A stretch of DNA of 64,000 nt, from positions 427,179-491,178 of the forward strand of contig NW_027192215.1 of assembly GCF_041956535.1 (NCBI RefSeq), written 5' to 3'. The notes below the pieces were generated by a model. The model saw nothing but the letters and a program-made list of their open reading frames with translations. It searched no databases and was not told the DNA's origin. The translations under genes were made by a program, and so were the position numbers. Each line of letters starts with the position of its first letter. Within the stretch, counting starts at the first letter, position 1. Shown here piece after piece: positions 10,825 through 25,269 of this stretch. This DNA is from Calcarisporiella thermophila CBS 279.70. Taxonomy: Eukaryota; Fungi; Calcarisporiellomycota.

Positions 10825-13800
10825 TCAAACTAAAATATCCCGAGAATTTAGATTATTTGGTATACCATGATGTAAAAGTGCCTTTACAGCAATTTGCTGG
10901 GCTTTTGGAACCAATTTTTTTATCACTTTCGATAATTGACTGTCATCGTACAGTAGCCCTTTGGGTTGCCAAGAGAGACCAGCTAGAATGGCGGCAAGGA
11001 AACTATTCAAATAGTTCATATAGAAATTAGGTCTAAGCCAACTGAAAAATTGAAAATATTCGGCAGTTTTGTACCTATCGCCCGCACCAGTTACACTTGT
11101 AATAGGTTGATTCACGCGCAAAGGAGCGAAATAATCAAAATGCGCGTAGTCGTCGTCTTTCATTTTATAGATATAAATACTTCCTTTTGCTCCCATCTTC
11201 AATAATACGTTTGGCGTCCAACAAAGGAGAGGCAACGCCGCCTTTAGCAGTCTTTCAGTCTCCGCAGGAATATCACTGATACGAGTGGACTCTTGCCACC
11301 AACGGACCCTTTCTAAGTCATTTGCGTTCAGCAGTTCTTGCGTACGCTGTGACATGGCCATAATCTCAAATTCGTTTGGGGAGACAAGGAATATATCTCC
11401 ATAAGTAGGTAGACGAGTTTCAAGTGGGCGGATGGATTTAGGTACCGAGGTCGGCTCAAATATAACTAATTGATTTCCATTTGTCATTATATTCGAACCA
11501 AATCTGCTTAACAATTTTTTCTCTACCAACCTTTAGCGGATATATTGGATGCTACTTCGACGATAGTTTCCATAGTCTTTGGAGTAATATTGCCATCAAA
11601 ACAAATTATCTGAGGTTTGCTTTGGAGTATTTTCTCCTTGACCTATTGTCGTCACAGATGAGTCATTAGTCACAATAATTGAGTGCGTTATTTATAAAAT
11701 GATCCTGCCCGTTATGTAGTGTACTCACCTGCCCTACATCTATGTGGTCGAACACATCCATGTCAGCAATGGCCGTTAAAAGCTGGCCATCTGGCAAATG
11801 CACTGCATTATATACAGCAGTACGGCCACCTACAATCGACTGTATACCTCGAGCATTCATCTTTGTCGAATTTTGAAGACTCGACATCAGCCATTCTCCC
11901 AGCGAATCGTGCCCACATGCACTTATGAGTTCCACATTCTGAGCTGGCACTAAGTTTGACACTACTTCTGCGATATTTCGCCCAACGCCCCCCATGCTTT
12001 GTAAAACGCTTCCAGGGGTTGACGTGTGGAAAAACGAAGACGTCGGTTGATTTTTCTGAGTAGGATGGAAAGTGGAAGTTATATCTACAACTGCACCTCC
12101 TATCACCATAATCTAGAATGATTTTCTTTAAGATATCATGTTTACAGCTGGACTTTCATTATTTTTCATTATACTATACTTTATTACTTTTCGAACCAAT
12201 TAATGGCGCGACTGTATTAATTTGTGGGACACTGTCGAAATTTCGGGAAATAAGTGGGGTCTAGGAGAAAAATTTATAGTAAAAATAATGATATTCCAGT
12301 CACTGGGCGAGTTATCTTTTAGCGACAATACTAAGCATATTTGTTCGCGTCACTCACCCAGTTTGGCACCGGATCTCGCCGAAGACGCGTTGCCAAGCAT
12401 TTGGCAATATCCCCTCCGACTTTGGCGTTGTTCTTTACAAGTGAGATATCTACCACCATTGATATATTTAAGCTTTGGCATTTTTTCTAATATCATTTGT
12501 TGTCAAGAATATGTACTTGCAGCAAGAGAAGCACCACGTGTTAATTCATTAACCCTCCGCAAAAGGAAAGGCGTTTCCTCCTTACCACGAATATTTTGTT
12601 GCCTATCAAAGTAAAGGGCATATCAGCCCACAAATTCCCGCACAAAAATCACTTAGTTTTCATATTGGAACCAACCTTGCTTCCTCAACTGCTTGTTCAA
12701 TAGCCTTTTGGATTTCAGAGCCATTGGCTGCATGTGCTTCTGGTATAGGTACTGCCACGACCAGGCCACTTTGAAGCCTCAAATTGAGGTTGTGTTCTAA
12801 AACAGTTAAAAAAGTAAGTATTATCCTAACTAACTTCGCTCCTTAGTCTTTACTCACGGATTACAGCAGCACAATCATCCGGAGAGGTCAAATTGTAAGG
12901 ACTCTTGAATGCATCAGCGAATTTTCAATAGGATTTTAACGGAAAGCTGACCATTTTAATCACAACTTACCTGATACCCACTAACTCTCGTGAAAAATGC
13001 CGGAAAGTCCTTCGTAGCGCCATAGGTTATTACCGTAACACCTTGCGTTTCCTACTCGGCCAGAGATAGAGATTGTTAAATTAGAACGCTGCTGAGTGTC
13101 ATAATGAAATAAAAAAATACAAACAAGATACTCTAACGTCCTTCCAATGTCAAGGATAGATTTTGCCCCAGCGCATACCACCGCAACTGCTGTCCTAGAG
13201 AGCTCGGTGAGATCCGCGCTAATGTCCATAGCTAAGAATAGACTGTCAGTAAAAACGCGTAGAAATTGACAGTAGGGCCGAGATTAAATAATTTTAAGGT
13301 AGATACATTGTTCTACTCCGCGATGAACACCACCAATCCCACCCGTTACAAATACACGTATTCCAGCACGCTCGGCCATTAACATCGTACCAGCGACGGT
13401 AGTTGCACCAGTCAATTTCTGATCAAAAAATGGTGTTATATTCCTCATTCGACTTCTACATTTTGTACATAAATCAGCATCGCATACCTGTGACATAACA
13501 TAGGCAATATCTCGTCGAGATGACTTTATGGCTTTATGACCTTCAGAAGCTAATATCTCCATTTCAGCTTCACCAAGTCCAATGTGAGGCTGTCCATCTA
13601 AAAATGCAATTGTGGCCGGGATACAGCCTTGGCTCCTAACAATATTCTCCACTTCCAACGCGGTCTCGAGATTTTGTGGGTATGGCATGCCATGACTTAT
13701 TATCGTAGATTCCAAGGCTACTACAGGATCACCATTGCGCAAAGCCTGCTTAACTTCGCTGGCGTAATGAAATCCTGGATAAGTGTGCAGATATCTATAG

Positions 13801-13935
13801 CGCAATGATATTGGGCTGAATTTATAGGGCTAATGTAGAATTTGTAAGTTTATCGTTAAATTAAAATGGGTTCACGTAGCATTGTATTATAGTTCAACCT
13901 ACTTTTAAATAACTCTTTACAAGATTGGAAATCAT
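10825..13935 (-). CDS. Bifunctional pseudouridine-5'-phosphate glycosidase (IndA/PsuG) - PfkB-family kinase fusion, multi-exon
   Basis: [59 protein letters not shown] (PsuG); [30 protein letters not shown] (PfkB); probable ATG at 13935. Confidence 0.92.
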
Positions 13936-14612
13936 GTTTGCAGTTCACCTTAATGTATTCGATGATACACCTAATTTTTGAACTCAAGATCAAAACAAGG
14001 ATATCCAAAGTGCCAATTATACAAATCTATTTAGGAACGGTATAATTCTACAAACTCTCCAACTTTTAGCTTAAATTCTTTTGCTAAGCCATACTCAATT
14101 CCCCATATTATAGTATACTCTTTAAGATGGCTTTGCACACTTCACAGGTCGGAGTCAAAATTTGTTTATCCCCTCTGAGAATCCAACTTAAGGGTGGAAA
14201 TAACGGCCGATTCCCTGATGCGACTTGAATCCATACCAAACCTTATTAAATAGGTATATCAATTATTTAACAGAAGATTGTGTGTGTGAAACGATCGTTT
14301 TCAAAGTTAGACTTTGTTCATTCAAATAACTCTATAATCTAGGGTTGAGAGGAATGTAATAAAGCGGATCATAAAATGGATTTAAATATGGAAATGGTTG
14401 CAAGATATTAGCTGATACATATTAAATAAACTAATTTTTCACATATTCTGTGGTTGTATTTCTAATAATGACTACATAGAATAACTGAGTATATTGATGA
14501 AAGATAAAAATTAGCCAGAGGAGGGGTAATCCACTCTAGACACTAAAATTATTCAAAGCCTTCTTAAAAAACAATCACCTAAAGAACTGTGCAAAATATT
14601 ATAAAAAAAATA

Positions 14613-14869
14613 TTAGTGCAACATGCATTTCAATTTCTCCATATGCGCCTTAGGAAGACGGGTGTTTTGGATGCAAGTAAACTGGGTTACTTGATTGTCA
14701 TGCAGACAGTACGCAAAAAGAGCATGTCTCAACAATTGACAATCATCGTCCGTTCCACAGGAAACTTGTTTGAACACTGAATTACCAAAGTTGATTTGAA
14801 AACCGCATGTGATGATAGCGTTAGATATGCTAAAAGGGAAAGTTACCAAAAAATATTCAAAAGCCTCAT
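14613..14869 (-). pseudogene. Small secreted 6-Cys protein with frameshift in signal peptide
   Basis: ATG at 14869 reads MRLLNIFW*; adding one T to the T6 run (14848-14853) gives MRLLNIFLVTFPFSISNAIITCGFQ... continuous with ORF 14613-14882 (6 Cys). Confidence 0.5.
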
Positions 14870-16215
14870 TATATCTGCTCAAATTATTAAAATATTTCTC
14901 AGAGCCGCCGTGAGTCTCTCATTTATTGCAAATTTCCATCAAGAATAGCGAATACAATATCCTTAACAAACTCTGTACTAAACGATCATGTAATAGAGCA
15001 GTTTACCTTATACATATATAATAGTTAAACATGGTTAAATATGGTAAAGATAGGGAGAAGTGTATTAATTAAGGAAAATTACAGTTGTTTAGTAGCAGAA
15101 ATATCTATTCATAGCTTGTCTAAGACGAACAGATCTTGCTTCTTATTCTACAAATACAATTTTTATCTCTTGAATAATATATCGTAAACCTCATACTCTC
15201 TTCGTAATTTTCTTTCTCTCTCTTTCCAGCACTCACAATAACTGATCGAAGTTGGCTGAGATTTTCAATCTTTTCTCTAGTTAGCTAGAGGGTGTTATAC
15301 CAAGTGTTTTCGAAAACTCTTATAAATTTGTCCCAGAATATCAAGCTCATGGAATGACACTGCGGGCTCTCTTACATTGTAAGCCTTCATTCTAATGAAA
15401 AGCAACCATAAATCCAAAACCCATAGAATCTCCCCAATAATTTTTCCATAGGAGCAATCTGATGCGGCTTTTTGAATCATACAATTGTGCCTCCGAAATT
15501 TTCTGAGTGGATTGCTTGATAAAATAAAAACCTGCCTATGTTCAATACCGTTTGCCTCCAAATCTCTGATCCCTTCAGATCATTGCATCATTAATTCAAA
15601 TGCATTTGTTTCAGCAGTCTCGATACTATCTTCACTATGAATGTGACTTGGGGGTGTTTCCATTTTGGAAAATTTGAACAAGTCTTCTTTACATGTCCTG
15701 ACTGTTTTTTGAATATGATTGATGTTAACAAAGTGTCAGTGTGTGATTGTATGATTGTAAGATGAAATACAACATTTATCGAAGTTTTCTTCAAATTTTA
15801 TGTTTGTCCAACATCGATCAACAGGGTGTTTGGTAAAAATTATAATCAGTTGAGTAACTCAATTTCCTACTCCATTGATCCTTGAAGTAGAGGTCATTTT
15901 CGAATATAGCTTGGTCTCCGAGCTTTATCCTATTCGAGACAAATTGTATACCTACTAATTAGTTTTAGCTGATTCTATCAACTGAACTTTGGAAATATCT
16001 CCCGCGACAAAAACATTAGGCCTTATATGAGAAAAAAATCCTTCCAATATGGACTAGTGATAAAAGGTCACATATATCCGATACTTGCAAATGGTCGAAA
16101 AGAGTTTGGAAATTATCATATGGTATATATTGACTCTGAGCAAAACGCAATCAGATAATTGAAGGAAAACAAACGATTAAAGAAATTTTATAACGGCTTC
16201 TAATTAAAGTTTTAT

Positions 16216-18416
16216 CTATATATCAACCCAGAAGAGATCCCAGTCCTTCTTGAGTTTTTTGGCCTCATCAACATGGCCCATTTCAACCAGCACTTGCACA
16301 ACCGAGCGGGCAGCGGAATTGAGAGCGGACGATATCCATCCGTGCTTATAATCAGTATGTTCGCCAGCGAAAGCAATATTGTTCTCCATCTCCATAATGG
16401 ATTTAAGGAAGAGCTGATGTTGGCCGGGGTTGTATAAGGCAAAAGCGCCAGAAGAGAGAGGATTAGCCCCAAAGCAGTGCCGAATCCAATTACCTGTGAA
16501 GCTTTTATAGACAATATCACCATGCATTGCCGCAATACCGTCGAGGACTCCTTCGATCAAATCATCGTCGGGCAGCGAGAGAATGCGTGCGGCATCTTCC
16601 GAAACTGAATAGGAGGCCAATAAGACTCCGCGGCCATCACCATCGAGATCGAACGATGGATAGCATACCATCTTGGGAAGTAGATCTGTGCGAGAGCATC
16701 CACCGTGGATCGGGTTACGTTTGTCCTGCTCCCAAAACCGTTTATCAAACTGGGCGAAAACCTTGCACGCGTTTTGATAAGCCAAGCTATATATAGCGCG
16801 ATACTTCCACCACGAAAACCCTGAGGAGAAATAGAATACTGATTCAATTTCAATTCGCTCCCAGAACATAGCGCAAGCAACTTACTAGGGAGCTTCCATG
16901 TTCGCACAAGAGAAAATGGCGCGGTAATGATCGCATAATCGTAGGTCTTATCGTAGTATTTTCCACCCGCCTTCTTTTTGTATGAGAGCTGTACTTTACC
17001 GTTTGGAAGACTAATTTTGCTGATCTTCATACCTGTGCGTAAGTTCTTGCGAACAAACGGAAGTATCGCCTTGGGTAGACGCTCCGATCCATACTTGATT
17101 GCGCGCCAATCTGACACCCCGAAGGTGAAAGTCTCTAGAGTGGTGTCGAGCATATCTGGTTGGTTGTACGCGGTAGGACGATTCATGGCCTCAAAGTAGT
17201 CAATGACATCCCATGGCAATCCCATTTTCTGCTTGAGGTAGCTGGTAACGGAATAGTCATTGACGCCCATTTTAATTAGCTTCTCCCTCCCTGCAATAAA
17301 GTCATCCTCGAGCTCCTTCCACAGGGGTGCAAAAAGTTTGCCAAAAATGGCATTTACAGGTCCTTCACGAAGAAGCACCTTGGGAGCATCCACGAGAGAG
17401 GGGTCTTTTCCAAAATCAGCGTTGGTGGGCGGAAGCCCATCGCTCCTTCGAGCCCCATAAAAGTAGTGGAAATTGCTATAGAAAAGGAACAAGTTAGGGA
17501 AGCCCCTTTTAGAAAATCAAAGTTCATGATCCTACTTGGCGTTAGGGGTTAGGAAGGGGAAGAATTCAATGCGGAATTGTGTTTTATTGTGGTGCAGTTG
17601 GTTGAGTTTATCAGAGAGCATGTACACCAACTGATGCTCGGGAACGACTATTTTTTTTTCTCCTTTCTTCATAAGATAAGGGATACGCATTGGGCCTAGT
17701 TCCGCAAACTGGGTCTTATCATTATCAAAGTAATGAGTCCAAACCCTACCTCCAATGCGGTCTGAAGCTTCCAGGATTTCATAGGGGAGGCCGACGCTTT
17801 CTAGGAGAAAGCCTGCGTAGAGACCAGCCATTCCTGCTCCCACGATCCCGACGCGTTTCTTTTTGTGATCTTCTGCTGCCTTAAAATGATCTCGTTTTTC
17901 GAGATGTTGGGCAACAATAAAATGGCGCCCTTCTCCAGAACGTTTGACAATGGGTTGCGACAGGGTTAATGGCTCACTTTGGGTGATTAGCTCGTTCTCC
18001 TCGTTCCATATCTGGATACACTGTGCGCTATCACTTACAGGGTGCTCTGGGACAAGCCAACTGAACTTGGTTGGGGGCTCCTCGGAAGGGATCTCCACCG
18101 TCCCGAGTATTGAATGAACGGTACGGTTAGTTGAGTCGCAAGGGGCAAACTCGAACGTGATGCTGTCATCATAATGTTTGTAGTACTTGATGTGGATGTT
18201 TGTATAGCGACCATAACGCAGCCTCACTTTTGAGGTAGGTGTCTCAATGCTTATCCCTCGGAGATCATAGTTTTCGATCCCTGCTGGGTTGTATGCCTCT
18301 ATTTGATCAACACAATAACTATTAGTCGCTTTGCTCCCAACCATACATTAATAGAACTAACCGGAGCAAAGAATGCCCAGTGAAACTAAGGCAAAACTAA
18401 TAAGTTTGAGGCGCAT
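16216..18416 (-). CDS. Secreted flavin-dependent amine oxidase / L-amino acid oxidase-like with N-terminal extension, 4 exons
   Basis: Signal [18 protein letters not shown]; [11 protein letters not shown] (GxGxxG), [41 protein letters not shown]. Confidence 0.9.
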
Positions 18417-18823
18417 TGCTGAGGAAAATGCGGTGGAGAGATAGAAGAAGAGAAATGAATGAGGCAAGGAAAATAATAAAGAGGTAAAGGAGGAAAAATG
18501 GCGAAGGGATGGAGAGGAGGGAAGAAGGAATAGTGTAGGTCAAAAAGAAAAAAAAATGCAATTCTTTCCGAGAATAAGTATGTTTTGCGTGAATTTAAGT
18601 AGAACAAGCGGAGTATTCTCTAAGGTTGTACTTTGCGCAAGAAAGTTAATTGGTGAGAAAGTTTAGTTGAATCAAACAAAGTGTGAACTTTCAGTGAGAC
18701 TATTCTGCAGGTAAACCTTAGTAGCTTTCATACCCGGTCCTAGGCAAAATCTACCAGCTCATGGATTGATTGTTTATCTTTACTCCTTAACGCTCGTTCA
18801 CTGCCTTACCCCAACTCGAAAAA

Positions 18824-19757
18824 ATGGATGTATTTGTGCTTGACATAGATTTTTATTACCAGCAAGCTTGGTCTGTGCTTCTCTACGGCATTCTCGGGAC
18901 TTTTCTCTTCCGTAACCTCTATCTCTCAGTCCTTCTCTTGTTTAAGAAACGGACGTTCCTGACCATAATGTGTCTGCTCATGGCCGTTTTTACAAGTATG
19001 CACTGCTTCAGTGTAATGATGGCGTATTTTGGCATAGTTGCCGATTGTAAATACATCGGTTTGTATAGAGAAAACTTATCTCCATTTCTTAACGCCCGAA
19101 TTGAATGAGATCCTTTTTTTTCCTCTCTCTTCAAGGACCACTTGTGGTCATAGTGTTCTACTTAATAAATCTGTGCTCGGGCATCATTCTAGTACGTAAA
19201 GCCATGGCCATCCATCCCCTACGCTGCCGACTTGTCCTGGCGGCAGACATAGTATTCGAGCTGCTTACTCTTGCCGCCTATATCCATCGTTACTTAGCTC
19301 TAACCCCCATCACCTCTCCTTACAAGAGCTGTTACCCAAGATATGAAGGGAATCCCCTCGCTTATACTGTGGCAGCTGATGTTTCCAAGTATGCTTTCTT
19401 CACCCTACTCTTTATTATACCACTCTGGCAACATACTCGCAACCTGCAAAACAAACTTGTGAATCGGTTGCTCCGCGAAGGCATCCTATATTTCCTTGCC
19501 ATTTCGATTACAGATGTGGCCACCTCACTGATTATCTATTATTTCATCTCGAGGCCCATTATCACCATCCTTCATCTCGTGGCTAGTAAGTTCACCGCAT
19601 TAACATCAAACCTTAGGATGGAATTCATTCATCTCTCTCAACTTGTTATTTTGAAGCTTGCCTAGCCTCGAACCTCGTACGCATCCAACTTAGTAGATCC
19701 ATGGAACCCAAAGGTAGCACAGGGTCTAGCACAGCACGTTCTACTACCTTTCGTTAA
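18824..19757 (+). CDS. Orphan multi-pass (about 7TM, GPCR-like) membrane protein, 3 exons
   Basis: Successive hydrophobic segments in ORFs 18824-19108 and 19105-19665 joined by GT-AG introns (~19059-19135, ~19587-19657); stop at 19755-19757. Confidence 0.6.
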
Positions 19758-20721
19758 TGCTCCCACGTTTACCCCCAATATGGAATCTCCTGTTCAAAAT
19801 ACAAATAAATCTATCCATTCTCCTAATTAAGTTAAACGTCTGTATGTAGAAGAGAAGTGCTTGTAACCCTAATTTCTAGCATCTTCGGGGCTACATCGAT
19901 GTGATTTTTATTTTATTGCGTGTAACCTATCTCTCCAATCTCGTGGCTTGGTCGAAATATGCTTATCGATACCAAAAGAGTTCGCCGAGGGGAGGATGAA
20001 AAGTACAGCATAATCATATGAGTAAGTGCGCACAGACGAGCTCTTTTGTACCTTCTCGAGCACATATATCCCAGACTCCTCATGACTAGAATGGGAATTT
20101 ATATGGAATAAGGCTTTTACTAATAAAGAAATAGTGCAGATACCACGGATTTCGAGCACACGGACTATCAATATACAGTATTAACTTCAAGCCGACTAAA
20201 AATTGTATACTCTCCAAGTGCAGGTATATCAAAAAAGGAGTGAAATCTATCGGCCGAAGAGTATAGAGTTGATTTTATTTAACTTCAGAATCGAATTAGG
20301 AGTGATAACTCTCGTCTATGCATACTGACAAAACACTTCCGGTCTATCGAAAAGTTATTATGAAGTTTAGCTTTTGTTACACTGAACTTGATTAAGTTTA
20401 AGCTCGAAGTAAGCTCTTGGATAACCGCGGCCATTGTATTTACTTGGAACAAGACAACAAGTCAAAACCCAACTTCGGTTTCTCAGAAATCCAAGGTTAA
20501 GCGTGGTGGAGCGAGCTAAGAGCGGGCTAACCTAAAAAACATGGTTTTAAATCAGTTAGTACGATATACATATACAAGATTCGGGAACCACACCGAACAC
20601 AGCGTAATAGGCGCATAAGGTAAACTGTGCTTTCTTCACTTGTTCTATATCCCATCGCCTTAGTGTACTCTGCTCACCTCTCTTCGCTCTTTCCACCCTC
20701 CCACTCTTTTACCGAGCAAAG

Positions 20722-21784
20722 ATGCAGCTGGAGGCAGCTTTCATGTACCAGCTTAACGCTGATATCTATGTCCTGATTGCCACCATCTCCTTGTTCACCT
20801 TGAGCATCTTGAAAACGGCTTATTATCTGTACATAGACAAGTGGCGAATCCTTTACATTTCGGGCCTTGTAGTGCTCAGTCTAGGCATCGTTGCTAGTAT
20901 CGTCGGATTCGTGCATCATCTCGTGTTCGAGGTTGCGTGTAGTTGGCAGCCTATTTTACGCTATATATCGGCCATGCTTCTCTCCTTTTTTCCACAGTCG
21001 CTAATTCTGGGGTGCGTTGGTGGCACTATATTCGCCTCTCATAGTCATTCTCGTCTATTTTTGCTACTTTCCGGGACATTCGTTCTCGTAGCTAAAGCCA
21101 TTTGTATTGGCATTGCTTTGAGAGGGCTGGATCCTGCGCTGGTGATTCGGCAAGGCCTCTGCTTAGGGATATTTGTCCATCGTTCATTTATCGGGTTGCC
21201 CCTAGCGGATATAGCCATAAATGTTCTTGCGGTAATAGGAACTGTTCTAGCATGGCTTAAGTTAAAGCGAGCTGTACCCATGGCAACCGGTATGATAAGG
21301 AATCCCGCTATGACGCGAAGATTACTCTCTTGGATCTTAGTTGCTGTCTTTGCTTCAACGCTTATCATAATACTTGACTTACTGTCATTTGGAACACGTG
21401 GAGGGGAAGATGCCTATTTGGTCATTCCATATCAGGGATACAGTAAAAAGCAAACATTACCCGATCATAGCTTTTCTGCATTGCTGACTGTTTTCATGGC
21501 TAGGTACACTCTTCTCGGTGGTAGTCTATGACCTAGTATCAGCTGCGGAGTTCGAGACGCATACTACTCCAATCAATACAGACCAACATGGAGAATCCTC
21601 ATGCTTTTCCATTCCCTCCACAAAGAACTATTCCAAATCGCATAGGTTGGATAATGCGAATGGGACAAACTCCTCCAATGACTTCCCATGTCACGAATGT
21701 ATAAGTCGCGGCTCCCACCAGAGTGATATTCCCCTAGACTATACTCGCCTGATGAGGGATGAGGAGATCCCACATCGAGTTTAA
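20722..21784 (+). CDS. Orphan multi-pass (about 7TM, GPCR-like) membrane protein with polar C-tail, 2 exons
   Basis: Six hydrophobic segments in ORF 20722-21531; intron ~21443-21503 joins the frame STLFSVVVYDL..., stop at 21784. Confidence 0.6.
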
Positions 21785-22611
21785 ACGATTGGAAAGCACG
21801 ATTTTCTTGTGTTTGGGCTTCTAATACAGGCATAAATGTAGAAAGGAGAGAGGGCATGTTTGGAGCTAGAGTCGGCCCTGAGCGAAAATTTGGGCTGGAC
21901 AATTCCTCAGTCCCGAGTTGGTTTTCTTCCTAATAAAGAGCGAAATTTCCAGTGGAAAATACGAGTCCCAGCGCCTTAGGCTGCGGAATCCAAAAAGTTA
22001 AATTAAAAACCAAAACACAATAATGAAAAGCTGCTAAGCCAGGAGTGCAGAAAAGTGGGGGGGAGGGAACCGTGCAGCCATACGCCCGTCGCAGGTGTCA
22101 ATTTATTTGCCGGGGTGCATAATACCTTCTCGTGGACCTTTTCAATATGGGCCTGCTCTCTGCCATCGCCTTCCGCAATGATCGTCTAATTCATTCGGCT
22201 GTGAGTTGGTTATCAATGAGCGTCTGGCTTAGCGAGAGTGTGTTTTCCGGCTTCTAAGCACGTCCGAATCGTATAGCTACTGGGTCAAGAACGAGTCCAA
22301 GAGGATGACAAGTATGTTTGCATTTTTGCTTACACAATCCACATTAAAGTTGACACCCTCAGGTAGAAAATGGAATATTCTTTAACTCCCCCAGTATAAT
22401 TAAGACAGTGTTCGAGACAAGGGTTTTTGGCTCAGACCAAATTGTAAATCCCGTATTGCTCGAAATTTGTTGTATTTAGGCATATAGTCTCCAAGCTCTG
22501 ACAACGTCTGGCAAATTGGGATATTTCGTTACGTCACAAGATTTCTGCTTGGCGAGCGTGGCTCAACTTTCTGTTGGATAAAAGCTGGGTCTAGAAAAGA
22601 ACTTCAAATAT

Positions 22612-24171
22612 ATGCGTTTTAAAAGCAAAGACACTATGACTAATTCCAGGCGAGCCGCAATAAAGAAATCATCGACAACCGATGAATCGGGATTTGTTCC
22701 TGTTGTTTTTATCGATGAAAAGCCCCTTTATGACACCTATCATGCCAATCTCTCCCTCGATCCAAATGCATCTCCTCCGAAAAAGAAACGCGGCCGGAAG
22801 CCTAGCCCTCGAACTATACAATACCGTAAAATTCACAAGCATGCCTCTAAAATGAATATGGAAGACAATCAACGCCGGCTGCAAGATCTGGAGGAGCGGA
22901 ACCGGATGCAGGAGTGCATTATTCTGTATCTCAGGAACACAGTATACGATTTAAAGATGCAGAGCCTCTATCTACGACAGGTGGTTGAGGCTTTCAATTC
23001 CGTGTTAACCCAGCATAATGTTCCAATTTCAGAGGTGGATGAGCTATTTTCACAATGGGTGAAAAACACCCCTACCCTCCCGTCGCAATTGCTCGCCCAT
23101 GCCAATTTGTCCTCCGAGAACATTCAGTACATCCTCCATCCTTATGAATTTATCTATATGGCATCTGGATCCACGGGTCCTGAGCAAAATAGTTGTGCAA
23201 AGCACACCAGAGATACTCAGCCGCGTGTAAATGCACAGAGTGAGGAAGAGGGAAATGTCCATCGCATCGATGACAGAATGGGCACAGTTTCGCAGCCAGA
23301 AGAAAACCAGCATTCATTATTTGCAGCTGGAAATTTCTCCCCAGATGAATATACACAACGGAGTTCTCTCGAACCAGAGCTTTCGCTCTCTCCTTTGAAT
23401 TTCCTGGATCCCGCCGGCATGAGTCCAGATCCCTCCGAGTCAGACCATGCCTTCACAATGGAGGTTTCAGCCACAGAGCACTTGGTTTCTCATACTTCTC
23501 CTCACGATATAAAACTCGAAATCACGGAGGAATTGCCAGACCCCCCAGGAAAGCCTAGGGCTTGTTCTTGGCATAATAGAGAACTCCGATACTTTCAAAA
23601 AGGAATGAGTATTGACGAAGCTGCACTGTTCCTCTGGCAATGCTATAAGTCTGAGGGTTGGCCGGGTTTGGAGCCCTCGAACCTGCAGTTAAATGTTGCG
23701 CATGATGAACGCATCGATTTAATTCCCAGTGCCTATTGGAGAGATCGCCTGATAATCAATATTGGGCACTATGACACCACCGAGTTTTTCTGTGACTTGT
23801 ATACTAGGATAGCATGTCGCGGGGATCCACTTGTAAGTATGCTCGTTAGGGTACTCTCTTCAACACTAATGGCCATCTGCCTCCTACCACTTGATAGCTT
23901 CCCCAGTCCTATCTTATTGACCCCAGCCTATACAGAAAATATCCGTTTTTAATCGACCCCGATTGCCCTTACGCCCAGACCTTACTGCTTGAACTGATGT
24001 TGGAGCGGACCACCACACAACGAGCTCTCGCAGCTATCAACGGATGCGTCTTCTGTAAGGAAATTCTTGCCTTTATTCATATATTCTTCAATTCGCACTC
24101 ATCTTCTGAAACATGATGTCCGGGTAGTTGGATATCATCCACATCTACCGTTAGAGGATGTCATTGTCTAG
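22612..24171 (+). CDS. bZIP-like transcription factor with C-terminal DUF3425-type domain, copy 1
   Basis: Basic patch KKKRGRKP followed by heptad region RLQDLEERN...; HDERIDLIPSAYWRDRLI...CRGDPL|...YRKYPFLID motif; introns ~23833-23897 and ~24055-24127. Confidence 0.75.
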
Positions 24172-25269
24172 CCTTAAATTCTCCTAATTAAATCCCTGAT
24201 CTGCTACGCCTCAGCCATATTTTCACCAGCACTTTGCTATGACTCAACCTGTTCATTACACTCCATCTCCCTATTTATGTCTTCTAATAACAATTAATTC
24301 TTTAAAAGCTTAAAATATGCTTTGAGCAACGCAATCATTTTGGTAAGTAAATTTGAATATTCAATATTAATGCACCCTTTTTGTTTTCTCATAAAAGTCT
24401 ATACGGTCACTCTCCATGTCTTGATAGGATCAAACCCTCTGCTGAGAATCAGTGATGATTTAGGATCTATGATATCTCTACCCTTATCACAAAGCTAATT
24501 TCAGGTCACTAATGGGATAATCTACACTAAACCCGTGACATAGGAAACTAAAGAGCTTTGAAGATGGAAGCACAGGGTCCTTTGTCTCTTGCTTTAATAA
24601 ATTGGCTTCACAGTTGCTCAAAACTTCACCCATAAAATGCCTAATAAAGTCCCGTTCAGGCAGTGAATGATTATTCTATTTTTCTACCCTATAAGTGCAA
24701 TAACAAAGACGTCTATCCAATTTATTCTAGTATTATCAATGGGTAAATGCTACCGATTGAAGTTGTTAATTAAATAAGAATATAATTGAACTTAGTTATC
24801 CTTCATTCTTTATAAAAATATACAATTAAAAAAGTATTCTGTGGTATTGACAATCCCTCTAAGTTCACTACTGGAATGGATCAAGATTCATTCTACAATT
24901 ACAAATATAATAAAGCCTGGCCTAAAACAAAATAAAAATAACCATATGAATGTTCGAAAGCTCTCAACTATTTAGTCATGGACAAGAATGAAGGCTAAAA
25001 TAGGGGCAACATGGACTGTGCGGAATACAGTAGGAATGGACAATATACTGACAATGAGTTTTGTTCGTAATTTGAATTTCACCCGCCGCTCAAATCTTTT
25101 GGAGCTCAAGGGACAGTTTAAACGAAGATATGAATTCTATCTTCAGCATAGCGACGACATAAAAAATTTTTCGATATAATTGAAAATAACTTCAAGTGGG
25201 GCCCTATATATTTGAATAGACACAGAACAGAGTCCAATGCTTTATTATTGGCGGATAGCTCGGGTTAAA

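Noticed and set aside
10825-13935. PsuG-PfkB fusion as a novel system
   Set aside because: This bifunctional fusion is already known in many eukaryotes, including fungi
14989-15299. Possible LTR (TGTAATA...TGTTATA) and adjacent ORF scraps to 15794
   Set aside because: No TSD, imperfect ends and no recognisable domain
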